A DNA stretch of 64,000 nucleotides from assembly GCA_027923505.1 (NCBI GenBank), contig BROI01000007.1:806001-870000 (forward strand), in the 5' to 3' direction. The notes beneath the pieces were generated by a model that made no database searches, was not told the DNA's origin, and saw only the letters and a program-made list of their open reading frames with translations. Position 1 is the first letter of the stretch. Every line of letters begins with the position of its first letter. This document shows positions 42,096-54,670 of this stretch, one piece after another. Source of the stretch: Mayamaea pseudoterrestris (Eukaryota). Both the position numbers and the translations under genes were made by a program.

Positions 42096-43334
42096 ATGAA
42101 CATTCCAAGTCTCCTGCTATTACTTCAGAGCTGCTGCAGTGGTCTGATTATTCAGCCGCCATTCACAGTCACGACGCGATCAATTTTATCGTTCCATCAG
42201 CTGCGTCCATCAAGGATATCACTCTCTGACCGACCAGAATCTGCAGAGTATGACGAGCTTGCAGGCTCTGACATTGATGCAGATGAAGCATTTCTGCGGC
42301 AAGAACTCTCTAAGCTTGAAACATTGGAAGAAATATTGGACGAGCTAGAAGAGTTTGAATTTGACGGCAGCGAAAGCTCATCCTTTGAGGCTATGCGTGA
42401 CGAGGATGAATTTGACAATGACCAAGATCTGGCAGAAGACTATTTATGGGATCCAGAAAGTTTGTCCGAGCTTTTATCTGGTATGCAGGATGACAAAGAC
42501 AAAACAGAAGCCTTCCAAGACGACAACGATGACGCTAGCATTCGACAATCTGCCGCACAGCAACTCGAGCAGGCATTGCTGCAAGGTGTCGTTCCTGTCA
42601 CTGCCACAGTTGGAACGAACATGCTAGCGGGCGATTTTGGGTTTGACCCGTTGAATCTCGCCACGAAGGACTACTTTAAGCAAGCTCAATTGTTTCTGTT
42701 GAACCTACTTCCACTGAGAGAAGGCGAAGAGCCCTTACCATCCACACCGCCAATGCGACCAGCGGCCCTTATTTTGCGTGACTATCGAGAGAGCGAAATT
42801 CGGCATGCGCGACTCTGCATGCTGGCTGCTGTCTTTTGGCCGCTGCAGGAATTGCTGGATCGTCTCATTTTGGACGACGATCAGTTTGGGCCTCTGCTGT
42901 ATGGACCTGTGACGCTGCCGTACTTTCCACTCATAATGACGGCAATCATGATGCTGTTGGGATACCTTGACATCTATTCGCAAGCTATCAAAGATTTGGA
43001 AGGAATTGGTGAAGCATACATGCCCGGAGATTGCTTTTGGGATCCGCTCGCTATGCTTCAAGGAGCACCCGACTCGATGAAACGCCGCATGCAGGAGCGT
43101 GAACTGTTCAACGGACGAGCTGCAATGCTAGCTGTGCTAGCCTACTTTTGGGAGGAGCTGGTGACGCGCAAACCATTGATTGAGATTGCCAGCAACGAAA
43201 TACTCTTCACGCCGGCGTATCAAATTCCTTTTGTCCAATCTTGGCTTGACTCTGAGTTTGCGGATACATTGGATCGCAGCGTTGACGCAATGGAGACTAT
43301 TGGTGAGACTGACATTATTTCCAGTTTAATCTGA
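42096..43334 (+). CDS. Atypical LHC-superfamily protein with long acidic N-terminal extension
   Basis: GDFGFDPLNLA, RESEIRHARLCMLA, PGDCFWDPL and ERELFNGRAAMLA motifs. Confidence 0.8.
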   Translation: MNIPSLLLLLQSCCSGLIIQPPFTVTTRSILSFHQLRPSRISLSDRPESAEYDELAGSDIDADEAFLRQELSKLETLEEILDELEEFEFDGSESSSFEAMRDEDEFDNDQDLAEDYLWDPESLSELLSGMQDDKDKTEAFQDDNDDASIRQSAAQQLEQALLQGVVPVTATVGTNMLAGDFGFDPLNLATKDYFKQAQLFLLNLLPLREGEEPLPSTPPMRPAALILRDYRESEIRHARLCMLAAVFWPLQELLDRLILDDDQFGPLLYGPVTLPYFPLIMTAIMMLLGYLDIYSQAIKDLEGIGEAYMPGDCFWDPLAMLQGAPDSMKRRMQERELFNGRAAMLAVLAYFWEELVTRKPLIEIASNEILFTPAYQIPFVQSWLDSEFADTLDRSVDAMETIGETDIISSLI

Positions 43335-43589
43335 GTGCGATAATATCAACCACTTTATCCTTTGCAACAGTCTTGGCGTCAAGGGGCGCGATTACCTTGT
43401 GCCCCCGTCAGAGATGAAAGTTCCCAGCCACGGCTCAAACCTTTAACGGAAAGCACACGAGTGAGTGCTTACGCTGTCACTAACTAGTGCTTGCACTACT
43501 ACGTCAAGCAGCCCTCCGCGCACATTTAAATCGCTACCGGCGGCAAGCACATTTTTCATGAATTAACGCAATAATTATTAGACCAAATG

Positions 43590-44819
43590 TTATCTACTCC
43601 AAGTCGTTGAGGATTTTAACTTATTCCAAACATTCGAGCTCGCATCATGAAGTCTCACTGCCCACTTTGGCGCATTGTTTCGCTCACTTTCATGTGGCAG
43701 TACTTGCATTGGAACCTGCCCCTTCCCACGAAACCATTCGACGCATCGGTGCGCCAGCGAATCGTCCTCGGCAACGGGCATGTTTCGAACCGATAGAAAA
43801 CCCAAGACTCTCTCCGAGGCTAGTTTTGCTACTAGCGAGGGAATTTCCGACATGTCTTCAACGCGCTTTCCTGTAAGCTCTAGCGTGCACATGCGTCCTG
43901 GTCCGTACCAAATGGGAGCTTCTCCGTAGCGAGTATATCGAACAGTACATGCCTTGTCGTTGATCAATTGATAAAGGTATGTTTCGCGAGCGCCAAACTT
44001 GCCAAGATTTTCAGCCTTGGAGGTGCCAAATTGTACAAGAGCAGATCGTTTGGGAGAAATTGTCGATTGAGAGCGAGATGAATCTTTGCTTGTGGTAATC
44101 GGCGCTGTCAAGTCTGGTAGCCTCAGTCTGCCTTTAGCTTGCGGTCGTGCGTAAGATGTGAACTCAATGGAGCGTGCACTACGCTTATTCGTTCTCCATT
44201 CTTCATCCTCCGATGCATCAATCTGCGTGGATGTACAAACGGCTCTACCATCCGGCCATTCCGTGTGAGCAATCCATTCCATACCTCGCTGAATATACGT
44301 TGTTGCGACATCGTAAACAGTCGCTGCCTGGTCGGCAGGAATTACTTGCAGCGGACTCCTTGGTCGCAGCCGAATACTTTCGAGTAGCTTATTATCACTG
44401 TCAGTTCTTGTGTAGCAAAATAGCTTGCGGCTGAGCATTGTTCCAGCGTATTCAATCTGCGAATCCGATGCTGCTACCGTCATTGGTGCTGCCAAGTCGC
44501 CGCAGCGTCGGCGATACCGTTCCTTGGAGGCTAACGAAGAGTCCGTCTCGGCAAGACACCGAACAAGCTCCAATCCTTGTACATTGGCAATCTTGTTTCC
44601 ATTCAAAGGATCATACAAGGCACCTTTATAAGACCAAATGGAGTGGCCGGACGGACCACACCGTGCTCGAAGCCAGTCTTTCAGAGTGTTGCTAGTGCTG
44701 GGCTCGATATGTTTAGCTGCTTTGCTAGAACCAAATGTACCTACATGCAGCAGTGCTAGAAGATAATTTACTCGCATTCTCATGAAAAGGTTGAAAAGAC
44801 CGTTTGTTTGTTCATTCAT
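43590..44819 (-). CDS. Hypothetical protein with signal-like N-terminus
   Basis: 409-aa uninterrupted ORF with globular composition (WSYKGALYDP, RYTRYGEAPIWYG). Family not recognised. Confidence 0.6.
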   Translation of the reverse strand: MNEQTNGLFNLFMRMRVNYLLALLHVGTFGSSKAAKHIEPSTSNTLKDWLRARCGPSGHSIWSYKGALYDPLNGNKIANVQGLELVRCLAETDSSLASKERYRRRCGDLAAPMTVAASDSQIEYAGTMLSRKLFCYTRTDSDNKLLESIRLRPRSPLQVIPADQAATVYDVATTYIQRGMEWIAHTEWPDGRAVCTSTQIDASEDEEWRTNKRSARSIEFTSYARPQAKGRLRLPDLTAPITTSKDSSRSQSTISPKRSALVQFGTSKAENLGKFGARETYLYQLINDKACTVRYTRYGEAPIWYGPGRMCTLELTGKRVEDMSEIPSLVAKLASERVLGFLSVRNMPVAEDDSLAHRCVEWFRGKGQVPMQVLPHESERNNAPKWAVRLHDASSNVWNKLKSSTTWSR

Positions 44820-45116
44820 TCCAATGATCCCATGGTCGCCGACGGGTGGCAGTTTCTGTCAAAACCGTTGCGACTCCGAATCGACGCTTGCTATCTCGCG
44901 CAGTCAAGAAGGGCTGTCAGCAAAGTCAGTCGCATTGCTGACAAGTAGTAGTCAAGACCATTAAGAACCAAATGGGAATCTAATGTTAATATTAGGGATG
45001 AATAATTATGCAACAAATGTTTGCCAGCATGACCTTGTGCAAGGCTGGGCTTTGTACAAGCAGGGTCGTTATGTCCAGTCAAGAAGAGTTAAAACATCCT
45101 TGGCTGCCGATTCGAT

Positions 45117-46212
45117 CTAGTCCTTTTCCACCGCAGGTCCAGCGGCTTGCGTTGCAAGAATAGTTACCCACAAAATCTCCACCATGTCGACCCAAAGCAC
45201 TCGATTCTCAGTTGGTATTAATCCATACGTAACGCAATGCGCCAGCGGCCATAGCTTGAGTCCGCTGACAATTAGTGGGACCGTAGTACGCTTCATGTCG
45301 GCCCACACCGTTTCAAGTGACTCTCGCTTCATGAGTCCCAACAATAGTATGTATGTATTGTTCCAAATGGGTCCCCAGACGGTTTGATCAATCAAAATCT
45401 TGAGCGGCCAAAATGCCGCCGACAAGTGCAACACATGTTCAAACGAGTAGTCACACGCAAGGTACCAGAAATGCGACAACGTTCCATGGCCAATAAAGCC
45501 TGCCAGACCGCTTCGTAGTACCCGCATGCCATCAAAGCCTTCTGCTGGTGACTCATCGCTGCTGCCTCCAATCTCGGTGCGCTGCGCAATCAAGTCTCCA
45601 ATCGTGTACACGCTTCCCGACGTAATGGCCTTGGTCAAGATAGGATTGGACTGCAAATGCTGCATGTAGGACGCCCACGTATCGGCAAAGTCTCGCAATG
45701 CAATCTCCGAAAAGTCCCATCCGCGCGCATGGTGCTGTTGGTGCAAAAGGAGTTGGTAGACAATGGTGGCGCCTACGACGCCCGTGACGATGTTCTGCAG
45801 CATCTTCTTGTCGTTCCATCGAATATTTGACAGCAAGTTCTTCTGCTGCTCCTTGACGAGGGGATCGTAGGGTAACAACTTTGGAGATTCCGAGTCATCA
45901 AAGTCATTATTTTTCATGTCGTTGGGGTCCTGAATCGAGACACTATATAGCGGTAGTGATGGACGGAAAGCGGCATGCTGGTAACGGCGAGTAGTCTGGA
46001 TATGAATCGAGAAATGTATGAGCCTTTGAAATAATAACTGCAGCGCCAAACACTCCAACGCCCATGGTGCTGTCCGACAGCTGATGGCAGTCCTGACACC
46101 TCATCACCGCAAATTTCGCACATACCTTGATCGTTCCATCCGGGGCCCAGCCTACAGTCAAACTTATTATACATCCAAATACAAGCAGCAGTGTAGAGAG
46201 CGTAGTCTGCAT
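45117..46212 (-). CDS. Mpv17/PMP22 family membrane protein, probably plastid-targeted; intron 46125-45996
   Basis: PILTKAITSG..GDLIAQ, KILIDQTVWGP and LWPLAHCVTYGLIP motifs. Exon 1 encodes a signal peptide ending VG-WAP. Confidence 0.88.
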
Positions 46213-46703
46213 GATGCTACAAGTATAACGCTCTCTACCAAAGCCTCGAGAGGCCTTCCCCCTCGATTAGTGCGGTCCAAACGAAAGGGCGACGTCGGAC
46301 TTTCCTGTTCGCGGCTCCGCGTTGGACGTCAGAACTTTGGCAAACATGACTCATTCACACGACCACAATGACTAATCGTGGTGCGACTTCAACAAGACGT
46401 GAGACGTTTCTTGCGAAGGTTAGCTATGATGACGACCGGCACGTTTTGTGAGCTGCAGAGACCATCGACTAACACGTAAGTGAAGGAGATGCCCATTACA
46501 ATAGTAGTTGCTGCTTATAACTTGTTATTATACGTGTTTGCCTTGGGCCTCTTACAGAATGGCGTACTGGTACGCAAGCAGGCGTCGAACTTCATGAACT
46601 CACAGTCAGACACCAACAGAAAATAGCCAAATCTCGTACAAATCTTCAATAGCACGCCAAATTTTACCCAGCTCCTTCGTCTCACTCATCATCAAGTCGA
46701 TGT

Positions 46704-47190
46704 TTATATCCACTGTGCGCAAGGATATCCCGAGTCATCCAAAATACACCGCGACTCGGACAAGCAGTAGCGCCCAGGCGTGCAAGAGCTGCAACCTCCC
46801 CAGCTGCTCGGATAGCAATAGACACTCGAATATTCAATAAAATAGTAGGGCTGTCGGTTGTCGACATAAAACTTGCTCCGCATGGGCTTGCGATTGTAGC
46901 AAATCAACTCATCCGAGGTGCAGACTGGAAACTGCGTCGTGTCGCATGAATCAAAGATTGGATAGCCGTCGGCATCTTGACCGACGGAGCAAACGTCTAG
47001 CGCAGGATCAAAGAGATCAAAGCGACGAAGGTTGCGCTGCGTCAAGTGGTGGAGACTTTCGGGTGAGACATGGAATCGGAAATTGCACCTGCGGCGTCAA
47101 CCACTCACGCACCTGTTGCTCAGGTTCTGTTGCAGCTGCCGCGACTACGCATAACAGCGCCACAAGGGATTGCTTCAGTAGCAAGTTCAT
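46704..47190 (-). CDS. Small secreted Cys-rich protein; intron ~47112-47040
   Basis: Signal peptide MNLLLKQSLVALLCVVAAA spliced to RNLRR and a 10-Cys domain ending PCAQWI. Confidence 0.65.
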
Positions 47191-47481
47191 ACTCTTGGAA
47201 ATGGACGAGTCTAACAATGGCTTGGTGTGAATGAGAAAGTTGCGTAGCTCGCGCAATTTTGGATGTGTGTTGGAGGTGAACAGAAATCACGGACGAAAAT
47301 GAATGAGCGGGCCGACGCGCTCGCGGCGCAACCTCGCATTGCGCAAGCCGACCTCACAATTTTGGCATGACTCGCAAAATGGATTCAAATTTTGTGATTT
47401 GCGATACGTTATTATTAAAGACGACAAGGCTGCTTTGCGCTCCTCATTACATCTCTATTTTAAAGTAAGGACACATTTGAG

Positions 47482-49284
47482 ATGGTGCAACGAAAGCGGT
47501 CCGACTCTCTACAAGCCTTGTCGCCGTCGCGACTCTTATGTGACGACGAACATCGCCAAGTTTTCCAAAATGAGCAAGGCTCTCTGCTCGAGATCTGTCG
47601 ATCTGCTTCTGCAAGCCAAGATTTGGAATCATCTTATTGGGTTATTGAAGACACGCCTCTCCCGGCCGGCATCTTGGATGATGAACGTGGAAATCCTGCC
47701 GACGATGCATCATTTTATGCCACGAGCGACGATTGCTTTCGAAAGACCTTGAGTAATGACAACCGACTTTATCTATATCATGTGAAGCGAGCAGTGTTGC
47801 GTACTGTAATGTTTACAGTCGTATTCGCCGGCGTACTCGTATCTTGCGATTTCTGCATGAGATCCTATGAGAACGCACACAGAAGGCATTATCGCCGGCG
47901 GACACAGACCACGCTCTCCGCCGCTATCGACGAACTTTTTGACATGAAACAGTCTTTAAATGAGTCGGCGTCAACAACTGGCAAATTGACGAATGTAACG
48001 TCTTCGATAATAAACAGCTTCAGTAACGCAACGGCTGAACCTTCATCAAGTCCTGCTCCATCTCCATCTCCATCGCAACGAACATTCGCACCGTTTTCCT
48101 TTGACGACGATTCTCTCGGAACCGACAATGATTTGTTCGTATTGCTAAAGCGACGTGGCCTTACAGATGGCTTGTCAAATTCCTCGTCACCTCAATTCAA
48201 GGCATACCGTTGGATGACGATTAGAGACGGTTATGACATTGCCAGTGACGATGACAATTTACAGCTGCTGCAACGTTACGCCACGGCCGTACTGGACTTT
48301 GCATTCCATCCCAAATTTTCAACGGCAACGTTTGCAGATACGCGCGACCATGAGTGCGATTGGAAAGGTGTTGCTTGCGGCAGCCATGGCGCTATTACCA
48401 GCATTAAGTGGCCGGCTATGGATTTAAGAGGATCGATTCCACGCGAATTAGGGTTGCTACAGTCGTTGCGCATGCTGGATCTTGGAGGTAATGATATTGC
48501 AGGGAAGATACCAGAGGAGCTATACACCTTGGCAAAATTGACGTCGCTCTACATTCACCAAAACGCGTTGACGGGTTCCCTGTCTGAAAGCATTGGTAAT
48601 CTTTACCACTTGGAGAATTTCTATGCCTACAACAATAGTTTGACAGGTACCATACCGTCCTCAATTGGCTCACTTGGTGAAGAAGTGCGCCCTCTGCGTA
48701 AGTGAATGGAAATAGCGAGTGCAGATTTTACTGACGATCTCGTTAGCTGAGCTACATTTCACTCCTTCGCCTCGACAGGTTACATGATACTCGCCAGCAA
48801 CAACCTCGTCGGTACCATTCCCAACAATCTTCGACTTCGAAATCTACACTACCTCGATCTGGGGCACAATGAATTGGAGGGGAGCCTTCCTTCAGACTGG
48901 CTAAATGTCAACAGTAATTCGTCCTTTCGTAGTTTGCGGCACTTGTTTCTGGATCACAACAAGCTGACCGGCACGCTTCCGACAAACTTTGCGACACTTG
49001 GAGAAGGCAAACTCATGCAAATGTATCTAAATGACAATCGCTTCTCGGGCACCGTGCCTGGTGGTTACGAGGAACGAACGTTTCTGCAGCAAGTGGAGCT
49101 GCAGCACAATGATTTTGACCACATTGACCAAGATGTTTGCAACCTCGCCGTTTGGGTCGCTGGAGAAATGGCCAGTCTCCGAGCTGATTGCAAAGCCTGT
49201 TCTTGCAAATACTTTTGTCAAGGTGGAGCAGAGACGCGGCGCTGTTTTGAATCCAACCAAACCAACAGCAGTCTGTTTTGGTGA
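47482..49284 (+). CDS. Type II membrane leucine-rich-repeat receptor-like protein; intron ~48698-48778
   Basis: TM helix, SPQFKAYRWM/LQRYA/ECDWKGVAC cap, and plant-type LRRs (LxGxIPxE, LDLGxNxL). Confidence 0.9.
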
Positions 49285-49620
49285 AGCATATTTGGTAGAG
49301 CGCGCAATATGACCTCCATTTAGAGCTTTAGCCAAAATACAATGCCATTCGTGCATAACTTGTAGTCAATATATGATGCCGTTTTAAGGTGTGGAAAGAT
49401 TACTGTCCCTTATTTCCATTGCTGCACGGCTTGGTTGAATGCTTTTGAGATGGCTACTGTGGCTAAATTGTTGATACATAAGGTTTAAGGCTTTGAAATA
49501 ACCGCGCCGTCGCGCGCTTTTCTTGCCGGATCGATGACTGTGACCCGAAAGATCAGCCGACCATGCAGTTCGTCCAATCTTGACAGGACCCTCTCCTTCG
49601 CAGCCGCCGCATGACTACAG

Positions 49621-49630
49621 ATATATAAAG
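49621..49630 (+). promoter_or_regulatory. TATA-like box
   Basis: ATATATAAAG about 60 bp upstream of ATG 49685. Confidence 0.35.
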
Positions 49631-49684
49631 AGGTGGAGAAATCGAGAGGGTAACACAAGGCTAGCTTGTGCAGGCGGCCTTACA

Positions 49685-51270
49685 ATGATGTCGGCATCGC
49701 AGCAACGACGAGCGGAGAATGACGATGGATACGAATCTCCGTCAGCTCGTCGACGGCCCGACGATGACAAATATTACGATGACGATGACGACAATGATAG
49801 AGACGGAGGTGGATACTATGATGACGACGGACATTACGTTGATGAGGATGGCTACTACTATGAGGACGAGAATGAAGCTCTTCAGCAAGGCGATCCTGAA
49901 TTGGAACGCCGGCGTCGCTTGAATCGGCTGAATCCGGATTATGATCAGGAATATGACAACGACTACGATGACGATGACGAAAACAAGGCAGGCAGTCGAG
50001 ACATGTGGGGACGAAGGAGAGCCAAATGTTGTGACCACTGCTGTCGGTGCTGCCGCAACTGCATTCGAGGCTTTTTCGTTCCACCAATTTGTGATTTTCG
50101 ACGGTGGTGGTACGTGCTGTCGCTGCTGTCTACCTTGCTACATCGGATTGTCTGGGGCAAAATTGGTGCTCGTCTAACTCTGTTTCCTCTTTTTACAGCG
50201 GCTGTCCACATGGAGCTTGCTATACCGTCATGGGATTCGCTCTAGGCTTGGGAGGATTAATCATGATGGTCATGCTCACTTTGAACTGCGACGTTCAGCG
50301 CATCACCGTCACCAACGCCGATGGCGGCATTTCCGAGAATCAGCCACAAGTTGGCTATGGTTTCATTGCGCGAGAACCTATCGCCGGTGAAGTGCCTCAA
50401 GTCATGGGATGTGTGTTATATCCCGACGATGAGAAGCCTACGCTTTTTGACGCGTGGTTTCAAACGGGCCGCTTCATGCTCTTTCTCAGCGCGCTCCTTG
50501 GCATTATTGGTTTTGTCGTTTTATCGTCAGCCTTTTGTGTAGCTTGGTCGGCCAATACCTTTCAGCACTGGCTCATGTGGAACTACATTTTCGCAGCCTG
50601 CTGCACCGGCTTGGGCTTTATGATCTTTGGGTCGGCCTACTGTCAAGACAATGAATGCAAACTTGGCAAGGGCGGTGTCTCAGTCATTAGCATCTTTTTC
50701 TTTTGGCTCACGGCGGCCAATACGATGAAGAGCATGCCGGAAGCACCACCGGATGAGGGAGAAGACGACGAAGACTTGTACTATGAGAATCGGGACGACA
50801 TGTATCGGGACGACGTTCCGGGACAGCCTGGTCCGTTGGTGAGTCCATACAATGATGGAGACTTTGACGATGGGTATCAGTATGATGAGGATGGCAACCC
50901 ATACTTTTATGAAGAGGATGGTACGCCGGTCTTTGTCGACTCGGAAGGTAACGCGCTTTACTATCTGGATGAAGATGGCGAGAAGGTGTACTACGATGAT
51001 GATGAGGAGGAGGACGACGACGACGACGACGACGAGGCAAATCAAGACCCAGAAGCACCAGCCGACAGCGATGCGCAGGACCAGCAGCCAATGGATGAGC
51101 CAGTGGATTTGCTGGATGTGACGGACGAGGAGCGAGAGCATGGTTACACTGTACCTGCGCACCAGGTCGACCACAATGTGGACGCAGAATCCGTTGAGGA
51201 GGGTAATCATTCCATGCCGCAAGAGCGACTGCCGCGAGTGGGAGACGATGATGGTCCAACCATATCGTAG
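49685..51270 (+). CDS. Four-TM (claudin-like) membrane protein with Asp/Tyr-rich termini; intron 50110-50198
   Basis: The GTACGT..TACAG splice restores the frame. Four hydrophobic segments, a Cys cluster CCDHCCRCCRNC, and acidic tails. Confidence 0.65.
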
Positions 51271-51426
51271 ACTGGTGTTGTTTAGCTAATGACTGAAATT
51301 GCTTTTAAAAAGCCAAACGTCGCGCAAAGGGAGCTCGAATAATAATCGACGTAGGTTAAGCATAAGACAACATAAAGAAGTTATAAATGTATTTTACTAA
51401 ATATAGAGCAGCTGCCAATCACATGA

Positions 51427-51924
51427 TTACGGTGACAGCTTTTCGTAAAAGCTTTCCGGAATGTCGCACGGCTCGTCTCCCTCACCCAAGACGCAGTCGT
51501 TGCAAAACTCGAGTACCTCCGTCGGCGAAAAGTCGAAAATGTCTTCATAGACATCGCAATGACCAGTGCTGATGCATCGTTCCGCGCAGTAGCGCCTTGG
51601 ATCTTCCTTGGCGAGGCGCTTGTCCTTGGCAAACTGACGCATCGATTCGTGCTGCTCCTCCAAGTCGGACACCATGCTCTGCTCATTGTTGCTGCTACCG
51701 CCGAGACTCTGTAGAACGGCTCCTCGATTCTTCTCCATCCATTCATTTTCAAACTCCTTGCGATGGTGCTGTCGGTGAAACTCGGCGTCGATGGAGTCGG
51801 CAATGCGCCTGTCAATGTAGACGCGCGTCGACGGACGAGTGATGCTTGAGCCTAATGGCTGAACGACAAAGGCAGTGGAGCTGGCGGCCAGCATGGTGAC
51901 AAGAACTAGTCTGATGGACATCAT
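51427..51924 (-). CDS. Small plastid-targeted protein with 6-Cys C-terminal motif
   Basis: Signal peptide plus STA-FVV (ASAFAP-like); CAERCISTGHC...CNDC...PCD. Confidence 0.7.
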   Translation of the reverse strand: MMSIRLVLVTMLAASSTAFVVQPLGSSITRPSTRVYIDRRIADSIDAEFHRQHHRKEFENEWMEKNRGAVLQSLGGSSNNEQSMVSDLEEQHESMRQFAKDKRLAKEDPRRYCAERCISTGHCDVYEDIFDFSPTEVLEFCNDCVLGEGDEPCDIPESFYEKLSP

Positions 51925-52255
51925 GATAACAATAGAATACGATGTGATGATGGGTTTGGCTGATTTATGACAGTCCCATCACAGCATCAGTTGCCATCGT
52001 CCAAGTCCAAGATCGAAGCATCGCTGCATCAATCACACGGCAGGCGTCACGAATGCATCCGCGGAACATCCAGCTGCTCGGGGCGGCAATATTCCATGAC
52101 AAGTATTTCTGACGTCATAGTGTGACCTGCGTCACTCGTACCGGTACTAAAAAGATTCGTCGGCAGTTTCTTCCACAAGATTCTTTGCTGCTCGGAAGGC
52201 TCATTCAAAAACAAGCCGACAAGCTCAACAGATACAGGCAGCAACAAAGTATACC

Positions 52256-54229
52256 ATGGAGAAAGCACTCGCCGACTTGACCGACTCGCAGAAGAAGCTC
52301 TTGCAGGAGCTATCCAACGACTATGGCCAGAAACATTTGGTTGGCGAAACGTTCGTCAAAGCGTCCAAATCCGATCGTCAAGCCTACGGCAAGCAACTTG
52401 AAGACCTCCATGAAGAGTATCAAAACAGCAACAAGAACGACAAGGCCGTTGGCTTGATGGCCTACATTGAAAATGCCCGCAAACTACTCAAGGCGAGCTC
52501 CGAAGGCGTCAATCCACTTGAAGGATGGGAGCCAAGCGTTCCAAAGCAGGGAGCGACCGTCGAGTTTGACACGGACGAGTACAATCGCTTGGAGAAGCTT
52601 GGGTTAAAGCAACTGGGAACTGTTGGATTTGTTTTGGTGGCTGGTGGTCTGGGAGAGCGTTTGGGATATAGTAACATCAAGGTATGTGGTGAGGAGCTAT
52701 TGTTGTAACGTGAAAACGTTTTCAGTGTCCATGTTCAACACTCTGACCGCGTGCATTTTATTGTCTTGAACAGGTTGGCTTGCCAACGGAGCTTGCGACT
52801 GGAACCTGCTATCTCCAGTACTACATTGAATACATTCTAGCTGTGCAAGCGCGCTACGGCGAGAACGATATCAAGCTTCCACTATGCATCATGACGTCGA
52901 TTGACACGCACTCTCGTACGCTCCAACTATTGGAGAAGCACAACTACTTTGGAATGGATGCAGAGCAAGTGACGCTGGTGCAGCAAGGCCAAGGCGTTCC
53001 AGCATTGTTAGATAATGATGCCAAGATTGCGCTTGACGAAGATGCCTGTAAAATCATTACCAAACCGCATGGACATGGTGATGTTCATGCCTTGTTGTAC
53101 CAGCACCAAGTGGCCAAGAAGTGGGTGATGCAAGGCATTGAGTGGCTTGTATGCTTTCAGGATACTAATGGACTGGCCTTTCATACGTTGCCACTCATGC
53201 TGGGTGTGTCAACTGACGTTGAACCATGCTTGGTCATGAACTCGTTGGCAGTTCCTCGCAAGGCCAAGCAGGCGATTGGAGGCATTGCGCAGCTGACCCA
53301 CAAGGAGACTGGAAAATTGAGGTATGATTGTGTTGTTTAACGTAGCCGAGCTATTTTATATTGAATCTCGATACTGACTCTCAATCGTTTGCAGAACAAT
53401 TAATGTCGAGTACAACCAACTCGATCCTATCTTGCGATCAACGCCAGGTTGGGAGAATGGAGATGTGAATGACGACGAGACTGGCTATTCGCCTTTCCCT
53501 GGTAACATTAACCAGCTCCTATTCCGTCTTGACGCGTACTCTGACATTCTCGAGCGGACCAAGGGCATCATGCCCGAGTTTGTCAACCCAAAGTACAAGG
53601 ATGACACTAAGACGGTCTTTAAGAAGTCAACGCGCCTTGAGTGCCTCATGCAGGACTTTCCAACTGTTTTGAACGAAGATGAAAGCAAACGCGTTGGTTT
53701 CACTAGCATTACAGCGTTTCTTTGCTTCTCTCCCGTCAAGAATGACACGGATGACGGCGTCAAGCTGCAGGAGGATGGGACGGCGCCCGGAACTGCCGCC
53801 ACGGGCGAAGCGGACCAACTCGCCGCGGTTCGCGCCATGATGCGGGCGGCCGGCTGTCAAGTAGAGGATGCGCCGGAAGAAGTTTATCGCGGCATCAAGG
53901 TTGTCCCGGGTCCAACGATTGTGCTCAAGCCTAGCTTTGTGACTGCTCCTGCCGAGTACAAGGTCAAGTTCCCTTCACCCGAAAAGGTAAAAATCAGCGC
54001 TCGATCTACCTTGATTGTCAATGGGTCAGGAGTGACGATTGAACAGTTGGATCTTGATGGAGCGCTAGTCATTGAGTGCGCCCCTGGAAAGACACTGAAT
54101 GTCAAGCAAGAAGATCCAATTAAAAATGCAGGATGGGTGCGAGTCAAGGACGAGGAAAGTGAGGATGAAATTATTAAGATGCGCGGCTATCGCTTGGAGC
54201 GCAAAGAAACGGAGCGCATTGAGGCGTAG
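52256..54229 (+). CDS. USP: UDP-sugar pyrophosphorylase; introns ~52682-52773 and ~53322-53394
   Basis: VLVAGGLGERLGYSNIK, TKPHGHGDVH, FQDTN, NVEYNQLDP, FPGNINQL, EFVNPKY, RLECLMQD and FSPVKN motifs. Confidence 0.93.
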
Positions 54230-54670
54230 CCGGAGGTTTTAAACTAAATAGCAATTTAGTAAAAAGGCAACATGCCGTATATTAAACCCAATATGTATTT
54301 GGTAACGACTCCATGCCCTGGGTGAGTCAGTTACTCTTGTTTTGTTTCTTTCGTTTGATGGGCATGTTCACAACACTACGGTCATGAGTCCCCATAATCA
54401 GAGTTCATGGTTGTATCAGTACTATGCGAGTGCTTGAAGATCGAATGAAGGACAATTCCTTGCATGTGGTCAAACGTTAGTGCTTAGGCTTTCGCTCCAT
54501 TGTAACGGTCTTGGGCTTTATGTAAGAACCATTGCCATGCGCTTGCAGTTCTATCACAATCGATATTTGACTGCAGCGCCGCAGCTACGCAAATGCTTGG
54601 CGCGATCCTATTTCACTGTGTATTCTAAATATTCTATATATTAATATGCACCCACTGAAAAAAACGTTGG

